A stretch of 64,000 nt of DNA, from the NCBI GenBank assembly GCA_951406725.2, contig OX597837.1, positions 38,440,001-38,504,000 of the forward strand. Direction: 5' to 3'. The position numbers and the translations under genes are program-made. The stretch is from Octopus vulgaris. Taxonomy: Eukaryota. Each line of letters starts with the position of its first letter. Position 1 is the stretch's first letter. The notes under the pieces are model-generated. The model saw nothing but the letters and a program-made list of their open reading frames with translations, did no database searches and was not told where the DNA came from. Below are positions 1 to 15,099 of this stretch, one piece after another.

Positions 1-88
1 TTAACAAGTTCATTGAAATATTGGGCACAAAAGATTACAACAAATATATTGTAATCTTTTGTGCCCAATATTTCAATGAACTTGTTAA
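1..88. repeat. Perfect 40-bp inverted repeat (fold-back), may extend past the window start
   Basis: 1-40 is the exact reverse complement of 49-88, with an 8-nt loop CAAATATA. 49-165 also recurs as a diverged direct copy at about 274-390. Confidence 0.95.
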
Positions 89-414
89 ACTTTTTTATGT
101 TCTTAACATGGTCTTGTCACCAAAGAATGTATATATATGGATTGTAGTACTCTGTGTCAACCAATATTCTGTGCGTGTTTGAATATACAGATACAATACC
201 AATATCCCACTGAATTTTTAATAATTCCTTCTGGAAACTATCTTTAACATGTTCTTGAGAATGTATATTTATGTTGTAATCTTTTGTGCCCAATATTTTA
301 AGGAACTTGTTAAACTTTTTTATGTCCTTAACATGTTCTTGTTACCAAAGACTGTATATATGTAATGTAGCATTTTGTAACAACCAATAATTAACGCAAC
401 CAAACTTCTACATG

Positions 415-459
415 TTACTTTTGACAATCTTTTTCCAAAGAGTGAAACCGGTAAAGTAA
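415..459 (+). ncRNA. Minimal type I hammerhead ribozyme motif (U3-A8 core, stem II damaged) in a Penelope-like pLTR remnant
   Basis: TTACTT-TTGACAA-TCTTT(TTCC)AAAGAGT-GAAA-CCGG-TA|AAGTAA: 6-bp stem I, palindromic stem III ACCGGT, GUA cleavage triplet. Confidence 0.6.
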
Positions 460-540
460 ATAAACATCTTTTAAAATTGCATTTTCAAACCTTCTTTCGT
501 ATATAATTCCACTCGTGCGGTACCCTACAACTCCACTTTG

Positions 541-621
<81 letters not shown>

Positions 622-622
<1 letters not shown>

Positions 623-800
623 GCATATCTGGGCACAGGACATCATGAAATGTGTACTACTACAAAAAATACGAAGCAAAAGTACATGGAACATGAAATA
701 TTCTTTCGAACGACGAAAGACACAAATGGGAAATAATACAAAAAACAGAAAGAACGACCCTTCATTGTTGGCTGTTTTTCTAGTCTTTCGAGCATATAAG
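622..800 (-). mobile_element. Interspersed repeat next to (TA)n, same family as 31280-31460 (probable Penelope-like pLTR piece)
   Basis: GCATATCTGGGCACAGGACATCATGAAA...GACCCTTCATTGTTGGC is the diverged reverse complement of GGCCAACAACTGATGAAGGGCC...TTTCATGACGTCCTGTGCCCACATATGC. Confidence 0.6.
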
Positions 801-1339
801 AACAATATAAGAACAATATTCGATAAAACAGTTGCTCTCACAAAGCAAATTAAATATAATTTGGGATTTTGCGTAGGGTTAAAATAAGTAACACAAACAG
901 GACAGTGAAAACAAACAGGAAGGGCTTCTACGCCTAAACGAGGTTGTGGTGGCGAACGCGTAAATCAAGCTTGTACAGGAGACAAACAAGAACACGTCTT
1001 CCTTGTTCCAGCTACAATGGGAGAGAAAGAAAGAGACAGAAATTGGGAGAAGAAAGATGGCCGATTGTCACGTGGGAGCCACATGAGCAAGGGAGGAGGA
1101 GTAAGGGAGAGAGAGTGACAGAGTAACAGGAATGAATAGTGGGGGAAGAGTAGGTAAAAGAATAAGAGAGAGAAAGAGAGAAAAATATGCTAAAGATGTG
1201 GCAAGGCAATTTGACGTCTATCTTTAGCATATTAGGAATCCACTTTGGTGGTCATTCCTCTTATATTTGTTTGTAATATACATGTGTATATATGTACGTA
1301 TGCGTATATGTGTGTGTATGTATATATCTATGTATGTCA

Positions 1340-1418
1340 GGTCACTTTAGAGTGTTACTGGTAACATGTAATCCAGTACAACCTGTTGCATGGTCGGGTC
1401 GTCGGCGACTAAACCGGC
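1340..1418 (+). ncRNA. HDV-like (nested double pseudoknot) ribozyme motif, slightly decayed
   Basis: P1 GGTCAC/ATGGTC; J1/2 hairpin TGTTAC-TG-GTAACA; P2 CCAGT/ACCGG; P3 ACA/TGC; L3 ACCTGT; P1.1 GG; P4 TCG-TCGG-CGA; J4/2 CTAA. There is one mismatch in each of P1, P2 and P3. Confidence 0.6.
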
Positions 1419-1888
1419 AACCCCACCAAATTGCTTGGTGAGGAGGGTGTTTATTGGACACCCTGCAGGATGAAAAACAAAACCCGTCAAAGAGCGGAGG
1501 AACTCTTGAGAATCAACGACCATCCAATAGATGTCTTAAGGCTGTATCATGCGCGGGGACATAGAAATAATCGGACTGAATACCCGATCGCGCAGTTAAA
1601 CTATTGGGAGTGAAGGACTCCTAGCCTTTGTTAGGGCATCCTTCTAGGAGAAGGTAACTCAGGTAACTGGGATAAGTCCGACATAAAACCTGCGGCTCAG
1701 TGGTTACCGATGATGTTGACTTTTTCTTCTTTTCAGATTATGGCTGCTGTTGCATAGTGAGAGGGTTTGACTCAGTGCATAGCCTTTCCTCACTTTAAAA
1801 AAATCTTCTTGCACAGGCATTGCACGATAACAACATTGATTAAGCTTCGTGCAATGGCCATACTCGATAACGACGGGGCAGCCACCAT
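1340..1888 (+). mobile_element. RTE-type non-autonomous retroelement (5'UTR-derived)
   Basis: GC-richer block between microsatellites with an RTE-5'UTR-like motif AGGGCATCCTTCTAGGAGAAGGTAACTC. It starts with an HDV-like fold and has no RT ORF. Confidence 0.55.
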
Positions 1889-1924
1889 ATATATATGTAT
1901 GTATATGCATATATCACTGTGACG

Positions 1925-2115
1925 AAACAGGGGCTGTGGGGGTGCAGGCAAACACTCCCCCCAGTTCGTCGTAGGGTGACCCATTTGTTGCTTAGTAGAC
2001 TAGAGCAAAGTGAAATGAAGGGTTTTGCCCAAGAACACAATGTATTGCCAAGGAATCGAAACCGTGATCTTCCGATCATGAGGGCGACACCCTACCTAGC
2101 CACTTGGCCGTGCAT
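1925..2115 (-). mobile_element. Degenerate tRNA-head SINE
   Basis: Minus strand reads A-box-like GGCCAAGTGGCTAGG, B-box GGTTTCGATTCC, then CORE-like TGTTCTTGGGCAAAAC. Confidence 0.55.
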
Positions 2116-2379
2116 CTTCACACACACATATTATTGGCATCATAGGAATATATAAAGGGAAGGGCGAGCGTCTTTCTGGGAATAGTGAAGCTCGAAGCAC
2201 ATAAATTTATAAATAATAGCATGTAAATATTTGAAAACAACCTTATGAATAGAGAAAATCGAAGCAGCCCGTGGGACGCGAACCCCTGTCTTCTATAGAC
2301 ACGACATGCCTTCATACGCACGGACACAAACGTACACACACCCATATATATGTGTATGTATTCATGTATATATTTGTAT

Positions 2380-3020
2380 AAATGCGCGTATATATATATA
2401 TATATATGCATGTATGTGAGTATGTTTTTATGTACGTTTGTAAGTATGTATGTATGCACGTATGTATGTACGTATGTATGTACGTATGTATGTACGTATG
2501 TATGTATGTAGGTATGTATGTATGTATGTATGTATGTATTATGTATGTATATATGTATGTTTATATGTATGTATGTACGTACGTATGTACATATGTATCT
2601 ATGTACGTATGTACATATATATGTATGTTTCTACGTACGTGCGTTTGTATATATGTATGTATGTGCGTATGCATGTGTGTGTGTATGTATGTAGGTTTGT
2701 ATATATGTATTACGTACGTGCGTGCGTATTTATGTGTGTATGTATGTATGTATGTATGTATGCATGTATGTATGCATGCATGTATGTATGTATGTATGTA
2801 TGTATGTATGTATGTATGTATGTATGTATGTATGTATGTATGTATGTATGCATGTATGTATGCATGCATGTATGTACGTACGTACGTATGTATGTATGTA
2901 TGTATGTATGTATGTATGTATGTATGTATGTATGTATGCATGTATGTATGCATGTATGTATGTATGTATGTATGTATGTATGTATGTATGTATGTATGTA
3001 TGTATGCATGTATGTATACA
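2380..3020. repeat. (TATG)n microsatellite
   Basis: Long, nearly pure TATG array. It explains the MYVC/HTYI ORFs. Confidence 0.97.
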
Positions 3021-3460
3021 CAACGTTTACAATTCTCGAGATGAGCCGGTTCGCTGTTACAATTTTCCAGCCGTTTCGAAAGCTACGCGAGGCAGGTGAT
3101 TCTCGGAACTCAAGCTTGATGTCAAGGAGTAACCAATTTCCCTCTAAGACAGCAAGCACTGCGCCCTCCCCATCTTTCTCTCTCCCACACACTCTCTCTC
3201 TCCCTCTGCTAATCCAATCCATGACCTTGCTATTATATGAAATGAGGGTGATAAGCCTGTAATTTTTAGCATCTGCTTACACTTCCTAATTCTTTTAAAG
3301 GACATATATGTAGGTTTCTGTCGGGGTTTTCTACACTAAAGGGTTAACTCTTGCGAGGAAGCTTTGAAGCATCTGAAGTAGTTTTTCTTACAGCTATTTT
3401 CTATTTAATTAACGAACACGTGCACGTATACGCACACAACGACTCACGCACGCTTCACGC

Positions 3461-3496
<36 letters not shown>

Positions 3497-3731
3497 ACAC
3501 ACACACACATACACATACACACACACACACACACGAACACACACATGCACGCACACACAAACACACACACACGCACACACGCGCGCAATTAGACGAACTC
3601 ATAAAAAGTTATATGTATGTAGATATATATGCCTGTGTATATATACATATATGCATATATATATCTGTTTATAATATATGCAATTAAACATCTATTTATC
3701 TATTTATTTATATATATATATACATATATAT

Positions 3732-3804
<73 letters not shown>

Positions 3805-4523
3805 TATACATATGCGTGCATGCATTTACATATAATTAAGTGGAATAAATTATTTATACATATTTAACTGGTTTTTAACAATGATTATTTAAGATGTCTT
3901 TACACCTTCCAAATTAACTTGGTATATATATATATATATATTGTATACACGTGCACACATAAATATGTACATAAATACACATACATACATTCATGCATAC
4001 ATGCATATATATATATACATGCATACATATATACATACATACATGTAATTACATAGCTGCTTATACACACTCATACTTGCATTGAGACACATACATGCGA
4101 ATGGACACATACATATATTTCTACACATACAGACTTGCACATATACATACATATATATCACTGTGTGTGTATGTGTCCGTCTGTGCGTGTGTGTGTGTGT
4201 GCGTGTTTGTGTGGGTGTTCATGTGGGTGTGTGCACGTACACATGTATGAATGAGGGACAGAGAACATGGAAGGAAATGAGGGGAGAAGGATGAGAGCAA
4301 GATCGGTCAGTCACGATTTGCACTTACACTGCTTCCTCCAGCTAATGTGTAATATGTATATATACAGTCCCCTCACACTCACATACATGCACAACACACA
4401 CACACACACACACACATGTATGTGTGCGTGTGTGTCTGTGTGTATGTCTATAGCTATCTACCTATTTATCTGTCTATATATTATATCTATCTCTTTCTTT
4501 CTCTCTCTCACTCTCTCTATCTG

Positions 4524-4598
<75 letters not shown>

Positions 4599-4607
4599 CT
4601 CTATCTA

Positions 4608-4642
<35 letters not shown>

Positions 4643-4646
4643 TTAC

Positions 4647-4682
<36 letters not shown>

Positions 4683-4777
4683 GTATATATACATATACAT
4701 ACATACACATTTGTATATACGTGTGTGTATACACCAAACTCATACACATGTATACATACATATGTATGTAGATGTTG

Positions 4778-4833
<56 letters not shown>

Positions 4834-4921
4834 TATATGTACATATATATATACATAAACTTACTCGGAAACACATAATACCTTCATATACAGTAGTTGG
4901 TATATATTTATTTGCCTGTTT

Positions 4922-4956
<35 letters not shown>

Positions 4957-5321
4957 ACGTGCTCGTGTGTGTATATGTGAGTGTATATATTTGTGTGCCT
5001 ACATGTTCTTCACTTACATAATTACATTACGTCATACTGCCAGATGAAACTAAGCTTCTTCGCCAGTCTGCTACAAGACATGGTAACCGTAAATTCTCCA
5101 AGAAAATCTCCATAATTAGAAGATACCATAAAAGCGCTAAGAACGCCACTATCGGAATTTCAAGTCAGTTTGCCATATTAGATTTGGTTACTTTAGAAGG
5201 GCTCGAAATCGCCACCCTTCCCTTCATTTCGTTATTCTAAAGTTGCCAAAATAACCACCGTATTTAATTAATCAAAGGAAAAATTGAAACGTTATCATTT
5301 AATTAATGCCTTGGGTAGGTG

Positions 5322-5610
5322 AATGCGCGTGGTTTAGTGGTTAGGGTGTTCAGTTCACAATCGTGACGCCGTGATTTCGATTTCCGGCAGCGCGCTTTGT
5401 CCTTTGAGCAAAACACTTTATTTCACGTTGCCCCAATCTGCTCAGCTAGCAAAAATTAGTTGCACCCGTATTTTACAAACGGCCAGCCTCTGAATCTCCC
5501 TGAGTACTACGTTAAGGGTATGCATGTCTGTGGAATACTCAGCCATGTGCAAGTTAATTTCAACCGGAACTCTGATCGTCGTAAGCGACGGAATGCCAGT
5601 CTTGGGTGGT
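5322..5610 (+). mobile_element. tRNA-head SINE with CORE-like segment (family C)
   Basis: TGGTTTAGTGGTTAGG A-box, ATTTCGATTTCC B-box, GTCCTTTGAGCAAAACACTTTATTTCACGTTGC. Related pieces at 6165-6285, 13080-13225, 58000-58200 and 60600-60702. Confidence 0.75.
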
Positions 5611-6611
5611 TTGGTGAAGTTTCTCAGGTCGAAGACGCTTTGCACTCATCACTCATGTAGAGCGGTATCTCGAGGATCATAAAGCTATAAATTATAGCAT
5701 GTAAGTATTGGGTTGAAAAACTCTGTATTTTAGAAAAAGCTAAACTGTTGTATTCGTCTCGAGATAACTTGTCTTATAAACGCAAAGTAATAAAAAAAAT
5801 ATAGGAGAAAATAATTTGCAGGCGAAAATAGTTCATCAGCGGTGGGGGCATCGCTTAATACGTATCTCTCTCTCCTTAGGCTTCGTCAGTAATAAATATT
5901 CTGAGGCAATTGCATGTCAAGTCGCTTTTGATTTATTAAAACTCTAATTGAAAATCATTGGTATCGCAGTTATCCGGAAATCTGAATAAAAATTCATTAG
6001 GTGCAACGAAAGCTGTGTTGATTCAATATCAAACTCAAAGCAGACACATCGATGAATGCCAGTTGAAGAGTGTGCATGTGTGTGTGTATATATATATATA
6101 CATGTCTGTGTGAGTGTGTGTGTGTGTGTGTGTGTGCGTGTGTGTGTGTGTGTGCGTGTGTGTGTAGGTATGGGGTTAGCGGTTAGGTTATTACACTTAT
6201 GACCGTAAGATTGTGGTTTCTATTCCTGGACCGAGCAATGCGTTGTCTGAGCAAAACACTTCATTTCACGTTGCAGTACAGTCCCTTGGCCATTTGTCGG
6301 TTTGGCTTAGTCATATATCGCCATCTGTCTTCAATCTTTTGTCGTTTATTAGTTGCAGTCATTGGACTGCGATGATAGCGGAGGCAGAGCCTGAAGGGTT
6401 TGATCGAACATACAAGGTTACAGAAACGTAAACACTCCAAGACGGGTTCTCAAGCTGTAGTTGGATACAGAAACACACACAAAGACACTAACACAATACA
6501 CACACATACATACACACATATCTATATACAAATATACAACGGGTTTCTTTCAGTTTCCATTTTCTAAATCCATTCACAAGGTTTTGCCCGAAGTTCCACA
6601 GTGTGGGACTG

Positions 6612-6673
<62 letters not shown>

Positions 6674-7111
6674 CATACATACAAACATACATACATACAT
6701 ATATTTATATTTATATCTGTGTGTGTGTATATATGTTTATACACACAAACAAACTTACATACATCCATATATACATCCGTATACACATACATATACGTAC
6801 ATAGAAATATGTATGCATATATTCGTACTTATATACGCACAGATATACGCAAACACATTAATTCATGCTCAAACATACGTACCATACATACATAGCATTT
6901 ATGCCTACATACACACATACATACACAGACAACTTCATACATATATGCATGCACATATATACAAATGTACATAAACAAGCATACATACAAACATACACAT
7001 ACGCATACACACATATATACACATGTATATATATGATGTATATAAACACACATACATAAACACACGCATACAAACGTACATGCATACATACATCAACATA
7101 TACATATATAT

Positions 7112-7341
7112 ATTTCTTTACTACCCACATGGGGCTAAACATAGAGGGGACAAACAAGGACAGACAGAGAGATTAAGTCGATTACATCGACCCCAGTGCG
7201 AAACTGGTACTTTATTTATCGACCACGAAAGGATGAAAGGCAAAGTCGACCTCGGCGGAATTTGAACTCAGAACGTAACGACAGACGTAATACCGCTCAG
7301 CATTTCGTCCGGCGCGCTACTATTTCTGCCAGCTCGCCGCC
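7112..7341 (-). mobile_element. tRNA-head SINE with Meta-like central domain (family A), near full length
   Basis: Minus strand GGCGGCGAGCTGGCAGAAA...GAGTTCAAATTCCGCCGAGGTCGACTTTGCCTTTCATCCTTTCG...AGTACCAG; at least 10 copies in the window. Confidence 0.9.
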
Positions 7342-7347
7342 TTCTAG

Positions 7348-7388
<41 letters not shown>

Positions 7389-8231
7389 TATACATATACA
7401 TATATAGATAGATTCATACATACATTTACACATGCATACATACATACGTACACATACGCATACATATACAGATACACACACATACATACACATATATGTA
7501 CATGTATATATGCATACATACACATATGCATATACATATACACAAATAAATATATAATATATATATAAACACACACATACAAACATACATGCATACATAC
7601 ATACATAAACATACATGCATAAATTCATTCATACTTGCATATACACATGCATACATACATACGTACACATACGCATACATATATACAGACGTACATACAT
7701 ACACACACATATATACACATATATGTACATGTATATATACATACAATACATACACATATGCATACACATATACACACATATATATATAAACACGCATACA
7801 AACACACATGCATGCATACATACATAAACATATACATGCATAGATATATTCATACATATACACATGCATACATACATACGCACACATACGCATACATATA
7901 TACATATACACACATATACACATATATGTACATGTATATATACATACATAAACATATGCATACACACTTTATACATAGATACATACATACACACATGCAT
8001 ACACATATATGTACATGTATATATACACGAAAACATACATACACATATGCATACACACATTTATACGTACATACATACACACATATACAAGGTGTATACA
8101 ACATACACACCGCCAGCGCCCAAAACATAAACAATTATTTATATCCTCCCACCTCCACTCCCGCCAAAACCCGCCTCCCACTTCTGCTCGTTCAACTTGA
8201 AGTTTCTCTCCTACATTTACATCAAACAGAA

Positions 8232-8257
8232 CAAGTGTTGCCACCTGCCGGCAGATG
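8232..8257. promoter_or_regulatory. Three E-boxes in exact 10-bp phase (candidate bHLH enhancer)
   Basis: CAAGTG at 8232, CACCTG at 8242 and CAGATG at 8252, inside a unique island flanked by microsatellites. Confidence 0.45.
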
Positions 8258-8385
8258 ATTGCGATGGGTAAGTGTCTGCAGAACATCCGTTTAATGTTAT
8301 TGTTGTTGTTGTTGTTGATATTGATATTGTTTTTGTTACTAATGTTGTGGTTATTTTGTATTGCAGGTGTTCGCTCGTGGGTTTT

Positions 8386-8424
<39 letters not shown>

Positions 8425-9257
8425 GCTGTTTTTGTTCTTGTTGTCGATGCTGCTGTTGTTATTGTTGTTGTTGCGGTGGTACTTTTGTTGTTAATAGATG
8501 CAGTTTAGTTGTTACACAGTTGATGACATTTAGCCCCAGGCCAATCCTTTTCAAGCAGAGTAAACATATGACCACTTCTATTCCAGTGATCATCGCCTTG
8601 TCTATCGCTTTCCTCACTTACAGCATATCAAAAACTACAATATTTATTATTATATTCTGTCGTTTATCCAAAACGACTGAATATAATTTAAGGGAGATTT
8701 GGGCTCTTTGTCTAGCAAATCGATCGATCACATAGGACCAACCACGTTAGCGGGCTCATTTATATCTATTTATATGTTTATTCCTTTTCCGTAACACAGA
8801 GCCAATTTTGTACCCATTGCTGTTGTTATCGTTGGTACTGTTGTTGCTTCTCACTATGGTATAAGTTTTTGTTGATGTTATACTCGTTGTTGTTGCCTAA
8901 CGTTCTGTTGTCAATACTGTTGTTGTTGTTATTGTTATTATTGTTGCTGAGAATCTTATTGTTGGTTTCCGTCCACCCCCCACTCAAATTCGCCAAAAAC
9001 ATATGTCGGCTTAATATTGACTGTTGGCGTTTGTTTTTGAAGTTAATATTGCTTAACTGTTACGGTTGCTACTGTTGTTGTCTTCGTCTTCGTTTTCTTC
9101 GTCGTCAAGTCATCTCAACATCAGCATCAATATCACAATAATAGTGATAATAATAATAGCATAAATAATAATAATAATAATAACAATAATAATGATAATA
9201 ATAATAATGATAATAAAATTTTCTTCTTCCTCTTCTTTCTCTTCTTCCTCTTCTTCC

Positions 9258-9395
<138 letters not shown>

Positions 9396-9589
9396 CATCA
9401 TTATTATTATTACTGCTTTGACAGCTGTAATTAAAATCGTTGCTCACTCAGCTGCAGCTGCGTGTGTATATGCACGTATATATGTATACATGCGAGTATG
9501 TGTTTGTCTGTGTGCGTATGTTTATGTATGTGCATCTATGTCTGTATGGATGCCATGGTATAGATATGTACATGTGCTCATATACATAT

Positions 9590-9642
<53 letters not shown>

Positions 9643-9647
<5 letters not shown>

Positions 9648-9709
9648 CTCTACCACTGGTATTTGAGTACTCTTTTTTCCACCTTGTTTCACATTTATGT
9701 GTTTACTCC

Positions 9710-9711
<2 letters not shown>
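9643..9711 (+). mobile_element. Solo 3' tail of the Penelope-like family at 63288-63826, inserted in (TA)n
   Basis: TATTACTCTACCACTGGTATTTGAGTACTC...TTTACTCCGG matches 63758-63826, with (TA)n on both sides. Confidence 0.85.
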
Positions 9712-9750
<39 letters not shown>

Positions 9751-10367
9751 TCACACACACATACTACACGCAGAATCTCACTTACAAATCTGTGTGCCTA
9801 TGTGCGTCGCACTTCCTCCTTCCTTCTTTCTTTCTTTTTCTCTTTCTTCCTCTTCCCCCCACCCCCAGCAGGGGTAATGCTTTTTTTTCCTCTCTTAAAC
9901 AACAAATAAAAGAATTCTTTAATACTCGAAATTCCCATTATCCTCTCTTTCCTTCTCCCAGTCCCTCTATCCCTATCTATATATCTGTCTGTCTACACAC
10001 ATACACACATACACATATATATATATATACATAATACATACATACAAACCATCTTTAGCGTTCCGAGCTCCTCACCACCCACCAACCTCTCATATTTATA
10101 ACATTTAAGATTTCCTCCATATTCTTATGCCTCATTATTTACCAATATATTTGTTACATATTATCCAACAATACTTTGTCCTTTCTTTCTTTTCTTTTTC
10201 TTTTTCAGAATACTTCGCAATTTTTTTTTCTTATTTTTTAAAAAACTTTTTCATATAAATTTTTAAAATTTTTTTAAATTTCTAAATTCAAATTCATTTC
10301 TTTTTCTTTGATTCCTTCTTTTTTCACTTCAATTCTTCTTCTTCTTCTTCTTCTTCTTCTTCTTCTT

Positions 10368-10461
<94 letters not shown>

Positions 10462-10585
10462 TTATTAATATTGTTCTAAACGGTTTTTTTTACTTTAATG
10501 TTTTTGCTCTGTTTTTCTTTTTTTTTTTTACAATGATATCGTTTTATTGCATGTTTATATCTAATCTGATTTCTTTCTCTCTTTC

Positions 10586-10632
<47 letters not shown>

Positions 10633-10718
10633 GCTTATCTCATTATATATGTGTATATATATATATATATATATAATTATATATATATATGTATATATAT
10701 ATATGTCCATGTGAGTGC

Positions 10719-10752
<34 letters not shown>

Positions 10753-11213
10753 GTGTGTGTATGTGTGTGTGCGTGTGACTGTGTGTGGGCGCGTGTGTGC
10801 ATGTGTATGCATGTAAATGTGTGTCCGTGCGCATACACGTTTTTATATGTATATGTAAACATAAACAGATATATAAACATAAGCACACAAACATACACAC
10901 ACACATGCATATATACATATAAATACATACAAACATATACATACATTATTTTTTATTGTTATTTTTTTCAGATCCTATAAAACGATGTTCAATCAAGTGT
11001 GACTATTCAAGCGACAAATCGCCAGTTTTAAACATCAAAGAAAGCAGTTTTAAAAATAAAAATAAAATTTTTTAAAACTTCAGGAAAACTGAACCCAACT
11101 TCCAATCAAAACGTAATTAAACTTATTCTTGTTGCATTTCTTGTTGTTGTTTTTTTTAATTCTTCTTCTTCTCCTCCTCCTCCTCCTCCTCCTCCTTCTT
11201 CTTCTTCCTCTTC

Positions 11214-11421
<208 letters not shown>

Positions 11422-11428
11422 CATCATT

Positions 11429-11648
11429 GAGCAGCGAGCTGGCAGAATCGTTAGAACGGTGGACGAAAGCTTAGCGGTATTTCACTCGTTGCTAGGTTCT
11501 GATTTCAAATTCCGCCGAATTTCAAATTCGACTTTGCCTTTCATCCTTTCGGGTTCAATAAACTAAATATCAGCGAAGCACTTGGGTCGATGTAATAGAC
11601 TGGTCCCCTCCTCCACAATTTCAGGCCTTGTGCCTTTTGTATAAAGGA
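11429..11648 (+). mobile_element. SINE family A
   Basis: GCGAGCTGGCAGAATCGTTAG...TTCAAATTCCGCCGA...GACTTTGCCTTTCATCCTTTCGGG. Confidence 0.85.
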
Positions 11649-11792
11649 CTAAAGTGTGCCTAAAGCCAGCTGGAGACGATGTACTCCTGGGGCTTCAAGC
11701 TACAGTAACACCCACCCTTAGTGGTTAGCCATATTGAGATGGCAAGTATACCTCACATTGTCGTGCAAATACTGTTTATACCTCGTTCAGAG

Positions 11793-13020
<1,228 letters not shown>

Positions 13021-13229
13021 TTTAGATCAAAAGCTATGAGAGCCACTGCCTGGCACTGCATCAGGCATTATTATTATTATCACGTTGCTCCAGTCCACTC
13101 AGCTGGCAAAATTGAGTAACGTGGCGATGGACTGGCGTCCTGACAATCTGGGGAACACATACGCCATAGAAACCGTGAAACCGGGCCCATGAGCCTGGCT
13201 AGGCTTTAAAAGGGCGCATTTATTTTATT

Positions 13230-13322
<93 letters not shown>

Positions 13323-13429
13323 ATGATTATGGTGATGATGAAGATGATGATGATGATCATCATCATCATCATCATCCTCATCATCTTTCAATTTCTTGCC
13401 GAGCGTCTTCCGAAACGCTGTATACATTG

Positions 13430-13745
13430 GTAAGCCATTAAAATAAACACACCAGATTGTTCATTTACAAAAGTCATGTGATGGAGAAAAAGAAAGACAG
13501 AGAAAAACCTTTATATAAAACAACACAACCATTTCAAATATATAGGGTTTTTCTAAGGATTTGAACAGTACTTGTCAGCACAATCTTTTGGATTCTTGTG
13601 AGACATGGTTCTCCAGGGATTTTGTCTAAGTGTTTCTGGCATCCCCTTTTTTTATCATACCTAAGGCACTTACAATAACAGCAACGGGTTTTGCTTTAAG
13701 TTTCCACATCTTTTGTAATTCAAATTCTAGGTACTAATATTTATA
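13430..13745 (-). mobile_element. R4/Dong-type RLE non-LTR retrotransposon, C-terminal fragment
   Basis: Minus translation (stop and frameshift) KY*YLEFELQKMWKLKAKPVAVIVSALGMIKKG..CQKHLDKIPGEPCLTRIQKIVLTSTVQILRKTL, lying between (TTA)n tracts. Confidence 0.8.
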
Positions 13746-13798
13746 TATAAGTACCCGGAAATTATTATTATCATTATTATTATTATTATTATTATTAT

Positions 13799-13838
<40 letters not shown>

Positions 13839-14439
13839 TGTATCATGGTTGTTAGTTGCTGCTGCTTGTAATTTCTCATCACACGTCAAAAAGATTTGCT
13901 ACGAGTTTGGCCGACGATTTAAAAAAAAACAACCTTTTTTATTGTAACTAAAGGAAATGGTTTTTCTTCTTGAATTATATTTCGCGCAGAGATCTCCGTC
14001 GCTCGTCTACTTCATTCCAGCCTTAAACAACAAAGTCGGATTCTGAAAAAAAGAAGAAAAAAAGAATGAAAAATATAAAAAAAAAGTGGGAAGAAAAGAT
14101 ACCGCCATTATATTTTTTCCGTCTAACACTGACGTAAAAATGGCGTCTTCCTTCCTGCGATACGCCCCTCGAAAAGATGACATTGACCAAAGCAAAGCAT
14201 CTGCGAAAAAAGTGTAACAAAAAAAATTTCAGGCAAGTAATCGAAGGCATGGCTGTGTGGGTACAGAAGCTCACTTTCCAGTCACGTGGTTTCAGGCTCA
14301 GTCTCACTGAGCAGCTGTCTTCTACAGCAGAAAAGAACACACAATGCTGGACTCACCCCAGCAGCACAGGAGTGTAGCAGTTGACGCAGCAGAAATTTGC
14401 CTCAATCTATCAAATATTGAACAGTTATAAAAATATTGA

Positions 14440-14737
14440 TTGTTTGTTCCTTCTCGAGCCACGCCTTGCTCATAAGGGCCGGTTTCCCGGTTTCCTTGGC
14501 GTATAGGTTCCCCACCTGGACGGGACGCCGGTCCGTCGCGGGTGAGCTGCAAGGTGCAGGAGGAAAGAGTGAGAGAAAGTTGTGGCGAAAGAGTCGGCAG
14601 AAGTTCGCCATTACCTTCTGCCGGAGCCGCGTGGAGCTTAGGTGTTTCGCTCATAAACACACACATTGTCAGAGATTCGAACCCGCAATCCGTCGACCGC
14701 GGGTCCACTACTCTAACCACTAGGCCATGTGCCTCCA
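14440..14737 (-). mobile_element. tRNA-head SINE with V-domain-like segment (family D)
   Basis: Minus strand GGAGGCACATGGCCTAGTGGTTAGAG...GGGTTCGAATCTC and CGACGGACCGGCGTCCCGTCCAGG. Its head is shared with 27100-27468. Confidence 0.8.
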
Positions 14738-15099
14738 TACATCACTTCCATACCAACATACATACATCCTAAACAGGCACTCTCCGCACCTACGCTTTCA
14801 CATCCAAAAATTCAACGCAGACATCCCCCAGGTTCTTCATACACATACCCTTAGAACACCGTTCAACCACACCCAATGATACGACCAGCGGGAGCCACCC
14901 AGCACTGCTATTATTTCCCAGCCCCGACACCATACGCAGCCACACCCAGAGATTCGCCAACACCCCACCAAAGCCTTACATTTCGAACCACACCTAAAAA
15001 CCACAACCGTAATTGAAATAAAGCTTCAATTTAAGAAAAAAATTGATAAACAAATCTAGTAAGAAAGCAGGTTGCAGTGGTACTTATGGGGGTGGCGGT

